The notes under the pieces were generated by a model. It did not search any database, was not told where the DNA came from, and saw only the letters and a list, made by a program, of their open reading frames with translations. This document shows positions 1 to 9,755 of a stretch of 53,561 nt of DNA, piece by piece. The DNA is taken from positions 1 to 53,561 of IMG/VR virus record IMGVR_UViG_3300008120_000183, one strand, 5' to 3'. Made by a program: the position numbers and the translations under genes. Every line of letters begins with the position of its first letter. Position 1 is the first letter of the stretch. Origin of the DNA: a virus. Lineage: Duplodnaviria; Caudoviricetes.

Positions 1-2
1 AT

Positions 3-800
3 ATTACTATAGAAACTGTTTTAAATTTATCTTCTTATTTAATAGATTGGAATAAAAGTCAATTGCCTAAGGAGTTTTTTATTAAAAAATATGATCAAAT
101 ATCTAATTTATTAAGTGATTATACTCATATTAAAAGAATATATGAAGAAGATAAGTTGTATGGGCACTTAAACCTACAAAAAGAATGCCCATCTTCAGAG
201 ATAGATGCCTATGTGGCTATCTGCCCAGACATGTATTTTCATGAACATCTTCTTAGTCAAATGATAGAAGGGGCTAAACAAATTCCTAATGAATATTTTG
301 TTATTACCCCACAAACATCTAAATTATGGGACCCAAGCTGGGATATTTTAGTTAACCCTCTTTATCAGCATATCCCATATGAAAAATGGTATGAGGTAGA
401 TACATTTGATATCATTTTTAATGACACTTATAATGCTCTACCACCAAATTTAAAACCTATTGATAGAAGTAAATATGCTGGGTGGTTTGATCTTTATAAC
501 AAAAACTTTTATGAAAATCTTGTCCCTGTTTGGGAAGAGTGGGAGGGATATGGGTCTTGGGATTGGTATTCTTTAGTAGTTAGTCAAGAGTTTAAAAACC
601 GAAAAGGAGATTTCCAGCAATATGTTTTAGAAGGTAAAACTATATTTGAATATCCCATAGGAAATCTATTCAGTAAAGGATTTAGTAACTATTATAAAGA
701 CTTTATTACCCTCAATTCTATTCCTGATCAAAAAGAAAATTTTAAAAGTAAGGTAGAAGAGTATACCAAAACTCGATTAAATCAATTATTTCCTAGATGA
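3..800 (+). CDS. 5'-partial hypothetical protein, probably glycosyltransferase-related
   Basis: Frame is open from the window start (ITIETVLNLSSYLIDWNKSQLPK...). ICPDMYF resembles a DxD region; lies in the sugar gene cluster. Confidence 0.5.
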   Translation: MTIETVLNLSSYLIDWNKSQLPKEFFIKKYDQISNLLSDYTHIKRIYEEDKLYGHLNLQKECPSSEIDAYVAICPDMYFHEHLLSQMIEGAKQIPNEYFVITPQTSKLWDPSWDILVNPLYQHIPYEKWYEVDTFDIIFNDTYNALPPNLKPIDRSKYAGWFDLYNKNFYENLVPVWEEWEGYGSWDWYSLVVSQEFKNRKGDFQQYVLEGKTIFEYPIGNLFSKGFSNYYKDFITLNSIPDQKENFKSKVEEYTKTRLNQLFPR

Positions 801-1645
801 ACCAAATAATAATAGCGTCCCCCCCATATAACCCTTCTATAGGAGGGGTAGTAGTTTTACATAAATTATGTCATATTCTTAATGAATTAGGCTATAATTC
901 TAGCCTTATTCCTACCCAAAAATTAGCAGGGGGGTTGTATCAAATTGCTTTAAACCCTGAATACAATACTAAATTAACAACCGAAATTATCCCTGACGAA
1001 GATATTATAATATACCCTGAGATACAGGAGGGGAATCCTTGGGGGATTAATAAAGTAGTTAGATGGATTTTAAATAGTTATCATATTCCTACCGATCAAA
1101 ATTATATGGCAAGTTGGGGAGAAAAAGACTATTGGTTATATTATGATGACATATGGTATGATGGGTTTAGGGAAAAAAATATGCTTTATGTAAGAGAAAC
1201 AAAAATAGAAAAGTTTAAAAATTATAATATAGAAAGGGATATAGAAGCTTGTTTTACTCTTAGAAAAAAACACCATCTAAAAGACTCTCTTATTTTTGTT
1301 CACCCCGAAGATGCTATAGAAATCCCCTACTCTATACCTGATGAAGAACTAATACAGCTTTTTAATAAAAGCAAAAGGTTTTATTGTTACGACACAGAAA
1401 GTTATTTAAGTGAACTAGCTTCGTTATGTGGGTGTGAAAGTATAGTAGTTCCTCATGAAACTGCTAAATTTAATGAAACCCCAAGGTGGGGAGTAGCATA
1501 TGGAGTAGAAAACATTCAATTTGCATTAGATACTCGTGAAAAAATGATAGAAGAAATGATTCAATCAGAACAAAATAACTTTTCTAATGCTAAAATTGCT
1601 TTGGATAAAGTATTTAAACATTTTAATTTGATATATAATGGCTAA
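797..1645 (+). CDS. Putative glycosyltransferase (GT-B-like)
   Basis: GGVVVLHKLCHILNELG N-terminus, IIIYPEI, LASLCGC; ATGA-coupled within the sugar cluster. Confidence 0.55.
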   Translation: MNQIIIASPPYNPSIGGVVVLHKLCHILNELGYNSSLIPTQKLAGGLYQIALNPEYNTKLTTEIIPDEDIIIYPEIQEGNPWGINKVVRWILNSYHIPTDQNYMASWGEKDYWLYYDDIWYDGFREKNMLYVRETKIEKFKNYNIERDIEACFTLRKKHHLKDSLIFVHPEDAIEIPYSIPDEELIQLFNKSKRFYCYDTESYLSELASLCGCESIVVPHETAKFNETPRWGVAYGVENIQFALDTREKMIEEMIQSEQNNFSNAKIALDKVFKHFNLIYNG

Positions 1646-2291
1646 TGGAGTATACCGAATAACCGAAGAATTCGAAAAACAACTTTCAGACTACACGGGG
1701 GCACCCTATGTTGTAACTTTAGATAACATGTCAAATGCTTTATTTTTAGCTTTGTATTATGAAAATTATATTAAGAATAGTACTAAAGAAGAAATAAGTA
1801 TTCCTTGTAGAACATATCCTTCTGTACCTTGTGAAATCATTCATGCCGGGTTAAAAGTTAAATTCGAACCAGTTGAAGGTAGGACAATCAAAGGAATGTA
1901 CCAACTAAAGGGAAGTAATGTCTGGGACTCCGCTCTAAGTTTTACAGCAGATATGTATAAAAAAGGGCAACATATTTGTATTTCATTTACGGGCCCATAT
2001 AAACATTTTAAGTTAAGCAAGGGGGGTGCAATTTTAACTGATGATCTTGAAGCTTATTTATGGTTTAAAAGAGCCCGTTATAGTGGGAGAAGAGAATGTT
2101 CATATCATGATGATAATCTTGATATGTTAGGTTGGAATTTTTATATGATGCCTGAACTTGCGGCGCGTGGCTCTCTTCTTATGAATCAGTTTTATAATAT
2201 AGATGGGACCAAAAAACATAATGAAGATTTAGAACTTCCTTATCCTGACTTATCTAGGTTTAAAATATATACTAAAGCTAATATGGAATGA
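1638..2291 (+). CDS. DegT/DnrJ/EryC1/StrS-family PLP sugar aminotransferase (short form)
   Basis: FEKQLSDYTGAPYVV, SFTGPYKH (PLP lysine), GGAILTDD, GWNFYMMPELAA. Confidence 0.85.
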   Translation: MANGVYRITEEFEKQLSDYTGAPYVVTLDNMSNALFLALYYENYIKNSTKEEISIPCRTYPSVPCEIIHAGLKVKFEPVEGRTIKGMYQLKGSNVWDSALSFTADMYKKGQHICISFTGPYKHFKLSKGGAILTDDLEAYLWFKRARYSGRRECSYHDDNLDMLGWNFYMMPELAARGSLLMNQFYNIDGTKKHNEDLELPYPDLSRFKIYTKANME

Positions 2292-2866
2292 AATTAGCAT
2301 TATATGGTTATGGGGGTCATGCTCGAGAAGTAGCAGCCCAAATAGGTCAAGACATCACATTCTTTGTAGATGATCAATATTCAAATTCTATAGCTAAACC
2401 TTTGTCTGAATTTGATCCTAAAAAATATAAAATGATGGTGGCTATAGGTGATAGTAAATCTAGATTTGACATAGTTCAAAAACTTCCTAAAGAGACAATT
2501 TATTTTACTTTTATCCATCCTACAGCTTTAGTTTTAGATAAAAATATAAAAATAGGAGAGGGTAGTTTTATTGGAGCTTATAGTATTTTAACTACTAATA
2601 TTAAAATAGGCAAACACTCTATCTTAAACCGTGGAAACCATATAGGGCATGATTGTAATATAGGAGACTACTTTAGTGCTATGCCTGGAGCTATAGTCTC
2701 AGGTAATGTAACAATTCGTGATTGTGTTTATATGGGAACCAATTCATCTATTAGAGAAAAATTATCAATTCCTAGTTTGACCACTATAGGTCTTAGTTCA
2801 AGCGTAACCAAAAACATAGAGGAGCCAGGCAAATATGTTGGGTGTCCTGTTAAAAAAATTAATTAA
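2288..2866 (+). CDS. NeuD/PglD-family sugar acetyltransferase
   Basis: YGYGGHAREV, VAIGD, IHPTA, hexapeptide repeats, IGHD, VGCP. Confidence 0.9.
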   Translation: MKLALYGYGGHAREVAAQIGQDITFFVDDQYSNSIAKPLSEFDPKKYKMMVAIGDSKSRFDIVQKLPKETIYFTFIHPTALVLDKNIKIGEGSFIGAYSILTTNIKIGKHSILNRGNHIGHDCNIGDYFSAMPGAIVSGNVTIRDCVYMGTNSSIREKLSIPSLTTIGLSSSVTKNIEEPGKYVGCPVKKIN

Positions 2867-3543
2867 TGAAGATTCATATTTTTTATAGACATTATAATAT
2901 AGAAGGTTCGGATTATAAAAATCGTCCTCAATGGTTCAATTTTGAAAAATGCTTTATAAATCTCCTTAATACTATAGAAGGAAAAAATGTTAACCTTTAT
3001 TTAGTATTGGATTGAAACGTTGAAAGTAATTTTATAAAAAAATATAAAGATAAATACATATTACATAGTGTAGATGCTAAAAGTGATCAAATTTCATTTT
3101 GGAAAACCTGGGAAATTGCTAAACAAACTAGGATAAGTGATAAAGATTTAATATATTTCTTAGAGAATGACTACTTACACGTGGATGGGTGGGTTGATAA
3201 AGTAGTAGATTTATTCTCTACATATAATAATTTAAATTATGTAAGTTTATACGATCACAATGACAAATATTTTTTATCAATGTATGAAGATTTAGTATCA
3301 AAAATATTTACATCTGAAACTCACCATTGGAGAACTACGCCGAGTACTTGTGGGAGTTTTATTATTTCTAAAAATATCTTTGAAGAAGACTTTATAGATC
3401 ATACTACAATAAAAGGAGATCATAATAAGTTTTTACATTTAAACCAAACTAAAAATCGATTTGTTCTTACACCCATACCTGGCTTATCAACGCATTGTAT
3501 GGAAGGATTAATGTCACCCACAATAAATTGGTCTAAAATATGA
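2866..3543 (+). pseudogene. Glycosyltransferase-like gene interrupted by an in-frame TGA at 3013-3015
   Basis: ATG 2866 overlaps the upstream stop. MKIHIFYRH...LVLD*NVESNF...IYFLENDYLH is in frame with ORF 3181..3543. Confidence 0.75.
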
Positions 3544-4316
3544 TTTCTGTAATTATCCCTACCTACAAAGAGCCCGAAGCTCTGGATTTGTGCCTAGAAT
3601 CTGCTATTAAAGGACAAACTGAACAAAACCAGATAATTGTTGTAGTAGATGGCTTTTATGAGCTAAATCGTCATGTACTTGAAAAATACAAAGATGATAT
3701 TGAAGTTCTTAACTTGGAAACCAACCAAGGCTTGTGTAGAGCTACCAACCTAGGAGTTTATAACGCCAGGTCAAATAAAATTTTAATTGTTAATGATGAC
3801 AATGTCTTCCCAGATCAATGGGATGTGGCTTTAGTGGCTAACTATTCTCCTAGCTCGGTGTTATCCCCTAATCAAATTGAGCCTACCCCCAGTATGTTTA
3901 AGCAATTCCATATTAAGGATTTAGGAAGGGATCCTAAAACATTTGATTTAGAAGGATTTTGCCAATATGAAGAAAGCATCATTGAAGAAAATAGAGTAGA
4001 ACCTACAGGAAATACCCTACCCATTTTTATGAATAAGTGGGATTTTATGAAAGTTGGTGGGTGGGATGAATCATACCCCGGAGCTTGGGTAGCGGATTGG
4101 GATTTCTTTCTTAAGTGTGAAATTGCAGGTCTTCAAATGCTAAGAACTTATGAATGTCATTTCTATCATTTTGTTTCAGTAGGAACAGAATCTACACCTG
4201 AGGAAAAACTCTCTAAACAACAAAAAGAATCGGCTTGCCACGAATATTTTAAATACAAATGGGGGGAGTGGGCTAAGCATAACCCCGAAAATAACTCAAA
4301 AATGCTAGACTTCTAA
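3540..4316 (+). CDS. GT2-family glycosyltransferase
   Basis: MISVIIPTY, VVVDG, NQGLCRATNLG, VNDD, GGWDE, DWDF. Confidence 0.9.
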   Translation: MISVIIPTYKEPEALDLCLESAIKGQTEQNQIIVVVDGFYELNRHVLEKYKDDIEVLNLETNQGLCRATNLGVYNARSNKILIVNDDNVFPDQWDVALVANYSPSSVLSPNQIEPTPSMFKQFHIKDLGRDPKTFDLEGFCQYEESIIEENRVEPTGNTLPIFMNKWDFMKVGGWDESYPGAWVADWDFFLKCEIAGLQMLRTYECHFYHFVSVGTESTPEEKLSKQQKESACHEYFKYKWGEWAKHNPENNSKMLDF

Positions 4317-4364
4317 ATATTTATAAGTGATAGCCGAACTACTAACCTCTAGCCTTTTTAAATT

Positions 4365-4715
4365 ATGAAAAAGAAAAAAGAAAGAGATATACTCTCTATT
4401 GAGATAATATACGATGAGCCGGCCGAATTAGATGAGTTAGTAGAAAGTGAGGAATTTAATAAACTCCTAATTGACGAAGCTATTGATACTATAGAGCACT
4501 CATTAGATAAAAATCGCAAATCAGGGAGGGTATGCTACATCCCTAATATAGAATGTTCTGTAGTATTGGAAGAACGCAACTTCCATAGAGTAATAGATAA
4601 TGCTATTAAATTTTATGAAATTCAAGAAGATTATAAGAAATGCGTCGAATTAGTTAAATTAAAAGAAAAAGTTGATGGATCACTTGTCAAAAGAGGAGAT
4701 AAAAGAAGCACTTGA
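4365..4715 (+). CDS. Hypothetical protein with C-terminal UVR-like motif
   Basis: FYEIQEDYKKCVELVKL; similar to 6571..6879. Confidence 0.6.
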   Translation: MKKKKERDILSIEIIYDEPAELDELVESEEFNKLLIDEAIDTIEHSLDKNRKSGRVCYIPNIECSVVLEERNFHRVIDNAIKFYEIQEDYKKCVELVKLKEKVDGSLVKRGDKRST

Positions 4716-5088
4716 ACGTATTCTGGGCTCAAATATTACAATGCGCCCTGATTCAAGTACTGATGAGGATAGGTTGAAAAAAGACTTTATTAAACTTATG
4801 AATTTGTATGAAGAAGTTTGGGCGAGGCAGAGTAAGTTAGGAAATGAATATCAAATAGATTTTGCTACTTATGACGACAAATTTTTTAATTTAGTAGAAG
4901 GATTTATTAGCTTTTGTTTTGATGAAACTGCCGCTAAAGCTATTACTTTTTATGTCTATGCCCGAAAAATAAATAAAGACGTTGTAGCCCCCTTTATAGA
5001 TCCTAATGAAAAAGAACACATCTTTAATGATGTAGATGATCTTTGGGATTTTTTAATATATTGGGCTGAAGAAATGATGAGACCATAA
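4672..5088 (+). CDS. Hypothetical protein
   Basis: Coupled ORF in the operon. Confidence 0.6.
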   Translation: MMDHLSKEEIKEALERILGSNITMRPDSSTDEDRLKKDFIKLMNLYEEVWARQSKLGNEYQIDFATYDDKFFNLVEGFISFCFDETAAKAITFYVYARKINKDVVAPFIDPNEKEHIFNDVDDLWDFLIYWAEEMMRP

Positions 5089-5090
5089 TC

Positions 5091-5720
5091 ATGCCTCAAG
5101 CGAAGCCATTAAGTAAACAACAGATTCTCGCGGCTATAAACAAGACTAAATCAAACCGTGCCGCAGCTCGTTATTTGGGAGTATCTTATATTCATTATAA
5201 AAAGTGGGCTAAAAATTATGAAGCTACTGAAGAAGGGTATAAAACACTCTTTGATCAACACTTAAATCAGTCTGGTAAGGGAATTCCTAAGTTTTTAAGC
5301 AACGGAACTAAAACACCATCAGTATTAGATATAGTTGAAGGGAGGGTTGATGCTTCTCATTTTGATGCTGCTAAAATTAAAGATAAACTAATATCGGATG
5401 GGTATCTTGAAGAATCTTGCAGTAGCTGCGGTTTTAAAGAACGAAGGGTATTAGATTATAGAGTTCCTTTGCTAATGCACTTTAAAGATGGCCTAAAAAA
5501 GAATTATAAATTAGATAACGTACAGCTTCTTTGTTATAATTGTTACTTTTTACAAGTCGGAAACATATTTAGTGACAGACAAATCCAGGGAATGGAAGAA
5601 TATAAAACTATAAATGAAAGTAGGGTTGATTGGGAAGTTGATGACTATCATTTACAGCGTCTAAAAGAACTTGGGTTGGGTGAAGATGAAGATGAATTAG
5701 ATTTAATTTCAAGATTATGA
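5091..5720 (+). CDS. HTH plus HNH-like zinc-binding protein
   Basis: SNRAAARYLGVSY HTH; CSSC...HFKDG...N..LDNVQLLCYNC. The last HNH His appears replaced by Tyr. Confidence 0.7.
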   Translation: MPQAKPLSKQQILAAINKTKSNRAAARYLGVSYIHYKKWAKNYEATEEGYKTLFDQHLNQSGKGIPKFLSNGTKTPSVLDIVEGRVDASHFDAAKIKDKLISDGYLEESCSSCGFKERRVLDYRVPLLMHFKDGLKKNYKLDNVQLLCYNCYFLQVGNIFSDRQIQGMEEYKTINESRVDWEVDDYHLQRLKELGLGEDEDELDLISRL

Positions 5721-6427
5721 ATCAAATAGAATGGTCTAAGTATAAGTGGATAACCCAAGAAAGATGGGGACAAATTCATAAAGATAAGTCCTGGTGTTGG
5801 TATGATTCTAGTTGTGTAAAATTAGACAACTGGGGGTATCTCCACTTAGAGACTCATAAAAACTCTAAAACATTTGACTTAGATGGGAAAATTGTTACTT
5901 CTAATTATGGAGTAGGATTAATCTCAAGTGTAGAAGATTTTGGTTATGGGTTTTTTGAAATTGAAGCCAAACTCCCTACAGGTAAAAAATTGTGGCCTGC
6001 TTTTTGGATGTGGTCAGGTCCTTGGCCTCCTGAAATTGATATTTTAGAAGGTTATACTGATAATAGACAAGGGTATTTTAAACCACAATTTACAACTAGT
6101 GGAGTTAGTATTTGGAATGTTCCAACTAATATTTGGACTCATAAAGTAGGAGATAAAGTGTATAATTTGGGAGCTAAAACCGCTCCTTCTACCACTAAAA
6201 ACCCTGCTTCTAATTTTATCAAATATAGTTGTCTTTGGACTAAAGATATTATTGAAATTAAACATGATGGGGTAGTAGTTAGAAAAATAACAGACTCTCA
6301 AACCTTAAAATATTTTGCAGATAAAAAAATGAACGTAGTTATAAATAACCACCTTCAATCAAATCCGCCTAACAAAGAAAACTATAGTGACTTTGTAGTA
6401 AAATATTTTAAATATGAAAAAGCCTAA
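5717..6427 (+). CDS. Glycoside hydrolase family 16
   Basis: FGYGFFEIEAKLP, LWPAFWM, catalytic EIDILE motif. Confidence 0.88.
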   Translation: MNQIEWSKYKWITQERWGQIHKDKSWCWYDSSCVKLDNWGYLHLETHKNSKTFDLDGKIVTSNYGVGLISSVEDFGYGFFEIEAKLPTGKKLWPAFWMWSGPWPPEIDILEGYTDNRQGYFKPQFTTSGVSIWNVPTNIWTHKVGDKVYNLGAKTAPSTTKNPASNFIKYSCLWTKDIIEIKHDGVVVRKITDSQTLKYFADKKMNVVINNHLQSNPPNKENYSDFVVKYFKYEKA

Positions 6428-6569
6428 GCATCAAAAATTATTAGACGATTATGATGGGCAAAAGCGTAAACATCTTGAAAAACTTGCTACCAAAAGCTTG
6501 GAAAATGATGAAAAATTACGTAAATTTAAATCAAAAAACATAAACGATAAATTTTTAGATCTTTTTTAA
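6414..6569 (+). CDS. Small hypothetical protein (51 aa, not in ORF track)
   Basis: MKKPKHQKLLDDY...FLDLF fills the gap. Confidence 0.55.
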   Translation: MKKPKHQKLLDDYDGQKRKHLEKLATKSLENDEKLRKFKSKNINDKFLDLF

Positions 6570-6570
6570 A

Positions 6571-6879
6571 GTGGTTTATGTCAGGCACATAAAAGTACAC
6601 GATTACAGTGAGTTTCTCAAAATGGCAGAAACTAATCGTTACACTATTTCTCAAACTATTGTTGAGGCTATCTTAAGTAATTTAGAAACTAAGAAAAAAG
6701 AAGTACCTGTATTTGAGGTAGAAGTAGATAACGAAGGGGTTTCTTATACCCTATCTATTAAAAAAGAAGAATTTATTGATGCTTTAAAGAAAAATCTTAT
6801 TCATTATGAAAATGAAGAAGCATATGAAGGTTGTCAAAAAATAGTTGAGGCCATAAATTATTTAGAATCTAAAAAATGA
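6571..6879 (+). CDS. Hypothetical protein with C-terminal UVR-like motif
   Basis: HYENEEAYEGCQKIVEAI. Confidence 0.6.
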   Translation: MVYVRHIKVHDYSEFLKMAETNRYTISQTIVEAILSNLETKKKEVPVFEVEVDNEGVSYTLSIKKEEFIDALKKNLIHYENEEAYEGCQKIVEAINYLESKK

Positions 6880-7010
6880 AAAAAATAAGTGCGTTTGAAG
6901 AAAAAAAAGAAATAAAGGTCAGTAGACCTGGTGTTCACGCTAAAACAAAAAGTAGTAAAAACAAAAATTCAAAAAACTATAAAAAACTTTACAGAGGTCA
7001 AGGAAAATGA
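6876..7010 (+). CDS. Small very basic protein (44 aa)
   Basis: MKKISAF...KNYKKLYRGQGK; ATGA-coupled at both ends. Confidence 0.65.
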   Translation: MKKISAFEEKKEIKVSRPGVHAKTKSSKNKNSKNYKKLYRGQGK

Positions 7011-7180
7011 GCAAGAACAGTAACCAACAACGTCATCAAGCTCTTAAAGAGTGGGATAAGTTTATGGAAAACGAGTATCCCTCTTATAAGGAGCGCAAGA
7101 AAAAGTCCAAAACAAAACCCGTTCAATTTGCAACTCCTGAAGATGAGGATTTGATGGATTTTTATGATGGAGGATTTTGA
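7007..7180 (+). CDS. Small hypothetical protein (57 aa)
   Basis: MSKNSNQQRHQALKEW...; ATGA-coupled. Confidence 0.55.
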   Translation: MSKNSNQQRHQALKEWDKFMENEYPSYKERKKKSKTKPVQFATPEDEDLMDFYDGGF

Positions 7181-7442
7181 GCCAATGACTATGAGTGAAG
7201 CTATGGAAACCATGTCCGAAAAAGACTTGGCTTCCATAGCTGCTTATAGTTTCCCCACTTTCCAAACTATGTGTGCTTTATGGGCGCTTGAACTTCAAAT
7301 GAAAAAAGAGGGAAAGTCTTTTAGTACTCTTCCCGTCATGGTAAAATCTGGGAAATCCAAAAAAGGGTTATTATCTTTGTGGCAAAGATTTAAGGCATGG
7401 CTATTTTTAAGGTTTGGAAAGACGGAGAGTTTGAAGAAGTGA
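7164..7442 (+). CDS. Hypothetical protein
   Basis: ORF track; operon continuity. Confidence 0.5.
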   Translation: MMEDFEPMTMSEAMETMSEKDLASIAAYSFPTFQTMCALWALELQMKKEGKSFSTLPVMVKSGKSKKGLLSLWQRFKAWLFLRFGKTESLKK

Positions 7443-7822
7443 TTCAGGATTCAACTCAATTTACTTACATCCCTGATGGGAAAACTAAATCAGTCTCAAT
7501 ACAGAGAATGGTTTATTATCATAATCACCACTTCCCTCCTTCACTTGTTATTTCCTCTTCAGGTAAGAAGTACATTGTACCTACTTGGACTGAAGTTCAT
7601 CCTGCTACTCAGTTGAGTGATGTTATGTGGGAAAAACCTGAAGTTAAAAAGGAAGTAAAAGAAACTAAAGAGTTTCGTTCTAAAAGTGATCCTACTATTG
7701 TTTACAAAACAATCAAAACTACTCTTGTTACAGGAGAACAGAAATTCTGGTGTAACTGCCAGGGAAGGTGGAGAGCTAAGGATGGAGAGTGTAAGCATAT
7801 TAAAGAAATGAAATCTAACTAA
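7397..7822 (+). CDS. SWIM zinc-finger protein
   Basis: C-terminal WCNCQG...ECKH. Confidence 0.7.
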   Translation: MAIFKVWKDGEFEEVIQDSTQFTYIPDGKTKSVSIQRMVYYHNHHFPPSLVISSSGKKYIVPTWTEVHPATQLSDVMWEKPEVKKEVKETKEFRSKSDPTIVYKTIKTTLVTGEQKFWCNCQGRWRAKDGECKHIKEMKSN

Positions 7823-7858
7823 TAAAACTTAAACAGATTTTTGCCCATATTTATGGGC

Positions 7859-8575
7859 ATGAAAACGTTTTATTTATTAGTAATCTGTTTAGTTATAATT
7901 TCTTGCACCAAACAATCAGTTGGCAACGAAGTTATTATTGATGATAAATTAAGCCTTATCCAGGAATACGAACCAAGTATAACTGAAGAAATATATATTA
8001 GAACTAAAGGTAATAAGTTAGGTTCCACTAAGGGGCCTAACTTTTTCTTTGTGCTACCTGATACTGTTTATACTTCTGCTGATCTATTAGACTTTTTAGC
8101 TGTCTATGGTACTGTAGTACCTGAAATTAGCCCAAATTTTGTTAATTACTATCAAGATATAGGTTCAGGACATACCGGGGCTAAATTTTGGAATTTAACT
8201 ACTCCTGAAGACGAAAATAGAATTTATGAATGGTATATAGCTAACAATTTAGTTTATACTGGGTATAATCTTCCTTTGGTTGAAATATCTTCCCAACTTG
8301 AGTGTGAAGGACTAATGGAAGTAACCCTTAAAGTTATAGACCCAGTTACTGAAGCTGAATATGAGAAGGAGCAATGGTCTTATATAGAATATCTCTTTGT
8401 GCCTGATTCATTAGCTTGTGAATGCCAAGATTGCCCCAACTATTGGGATGTTACTCCTTTACCCCCAACCCCAATTCCTTATCAATATCAAACTAAACAT
8501 GCTAAGTGGGATTTAAATCAGGATAATGTTATAAACATTAGTGATTTACTTATACTATTAGCTTATTACGATTAA
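7859..8575 (+). CDS. Lipoprotein with C-terminal dockerin-like Ca-binding repeat
   Basis: MKTFYLLVICLVIISC lipobox (start re-called at ATG 7859); WDLNQDNVINISDLLILLAYY. Confidence 0.7.
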   Translation: MKTFYLLVICLVIISCTKQSVGNEVIIDDKLSLIQEYEPSITEEIYIRTKGNKLGSTKGPNFFFVLPDTVYTSADLLDFLAVYGTVVPEISPNFVNYYQDIGSGHTGAKFWNLTTPEDENRIYEWYIANNLVYTGYNLPLVEISSQLECEGLMEVTLKVIDPVTEAEYEKEQWSYIEYLFVPDSLACECQDCPNYWDVTPLPPTPIPYQYQTKHAKWDLNQDNVINISDLLILLAYYD

Positions 8576-8586
8576 CCCTCTACAAA

Positions 8587-9720
8587 ATGAAAAAAGTATT
8601 ACTGTTCTTATTATTAGGTTTATTTCCAATTTTTTTATCAGCTCAAGAAGAATGTGGTACCACTACTTCAAGAGCTGAGTATAACAAAGCTAGTAGGCAA
8701 GTCAGAAGCCTTACTATGGCTAAAACATCTACCCCAATCCAACTAAAAGAAATACCTATAGTTTTTCATATATTTTATTCGGATTCAATACCTAACTCAT
8801 ATGTTCCTCAAGAAAAAGTAGTTGAAGCTTTCTATGATATAAATAGAAATTTTATAGGAACTAAATTTAGATTTCGTTTAGTTGATATTAAATATAAAAA
8901 TTTAGCTGAATTTTCTTGGCATAACGATTTTTTAAATGGTAGTACTAATTTACCTAATAAAAATCATGGAAGAATGCATGATCTAGCTAATAGTACTTAC
9001 CTAGATCCTAACTATAATTTAAATGTTTATATTTGTCCTAAGTTTAGTGACCCCAATCTTAGAGGACTTTCTTTCACCACTCCCTATGCTCCTGTCATAG
9101 GGCAAGGGCTAAAACCAGCAGATGGTGTTTGGATTAGAACAGATGTTTTTGGACTTAATCTTCCTTACTTGGCTAGACACGGTACCTCAAATAAAGTTGT
9201 AGTTCACGAAATAGGACATTACTTAGGACTATTCCATACTTTTCAAGGTAGTACTGGGTGTGAGCCTGATGCCTTACCTTTAGATTGTGCTACTACAGGG
9301 GATTTAGTATGTGACACCCCTCCTATAAGATCTTCAGTTATGGCTAATCATTGTAATCCTAGATGCCCTAATGATTGGACACCTGGTAAACCTTGGGAGA
9401 ATTACACATACGATAACTTTATGGATTATTTAGCGGATAATTGTAGGCATAGTTTCACCCCAGGTCAAATTGAAAGAATGCACCAACATATCACCCAACA
9501 GAGATCTAATGTTTATCAAATTATATCTCCCCAACAGCAAGTTGACTTAGATAAAAATTATAGCATAGGCTCTTCAGATATGCTGTTACTTTTATCTTGT
9601 ATAAATCAACCTATTGAATCTAAAGATTGCTATTTATGTGATTTTGATTTCAATAAAGTAGTAGGTGTATCCGATCTTCAAACATTACTTTCTTATATGG
9701 GAACTTCTTATTCAAAGTAA
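8587..9720 (+). CDS. Secreted M43 (pappalysin/ulilysin-like) zinc metalloprotease with dockerin-like domain
   Basis: Signal peptide ending LSA|Q; CGT propeptide; HEIGHYLGLFH; Met-turn NFMDY; two repeats ending SDML and SDLQ. Confidence 0.88.
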   Translation: MKKVLLFLLLGLFPIFLSAQEECGTTTSRAEYNKASRQVRSLTMAKTSTPIQLKEIPIVFHIFYSDSIPNSYVPQEKVVEAFYDINRNFIGTKFRFRLVDIKYKNLAEFSWHNDFLNGSTNLPNKNHGRMHDLANSTYLDPNYNLNVYICPKFSDPNLRGLSFTTPYAPVIGQGLKPADGVWIRTDVFGLNLPYLARHGTSNKVVVHEIGHYLGLFHTFQGSTGCEPDALPLDCATTGDLVCDTPPIRSSVMANHCNPRCPNDWTPGKPWENYTYDNFMDYLADNCRHSFTPGQIERMHQHITQQRSNVYQIISPQQQVDLDKNYSIGSSDMLLLLSCINQPIESKDCYLCDFDFNKVVGVSDLQTLLSYMGTSYSK

Positions 9721-9755
9721 TTTATATTTATGAGTAGTTCACAACTTCAATTATT

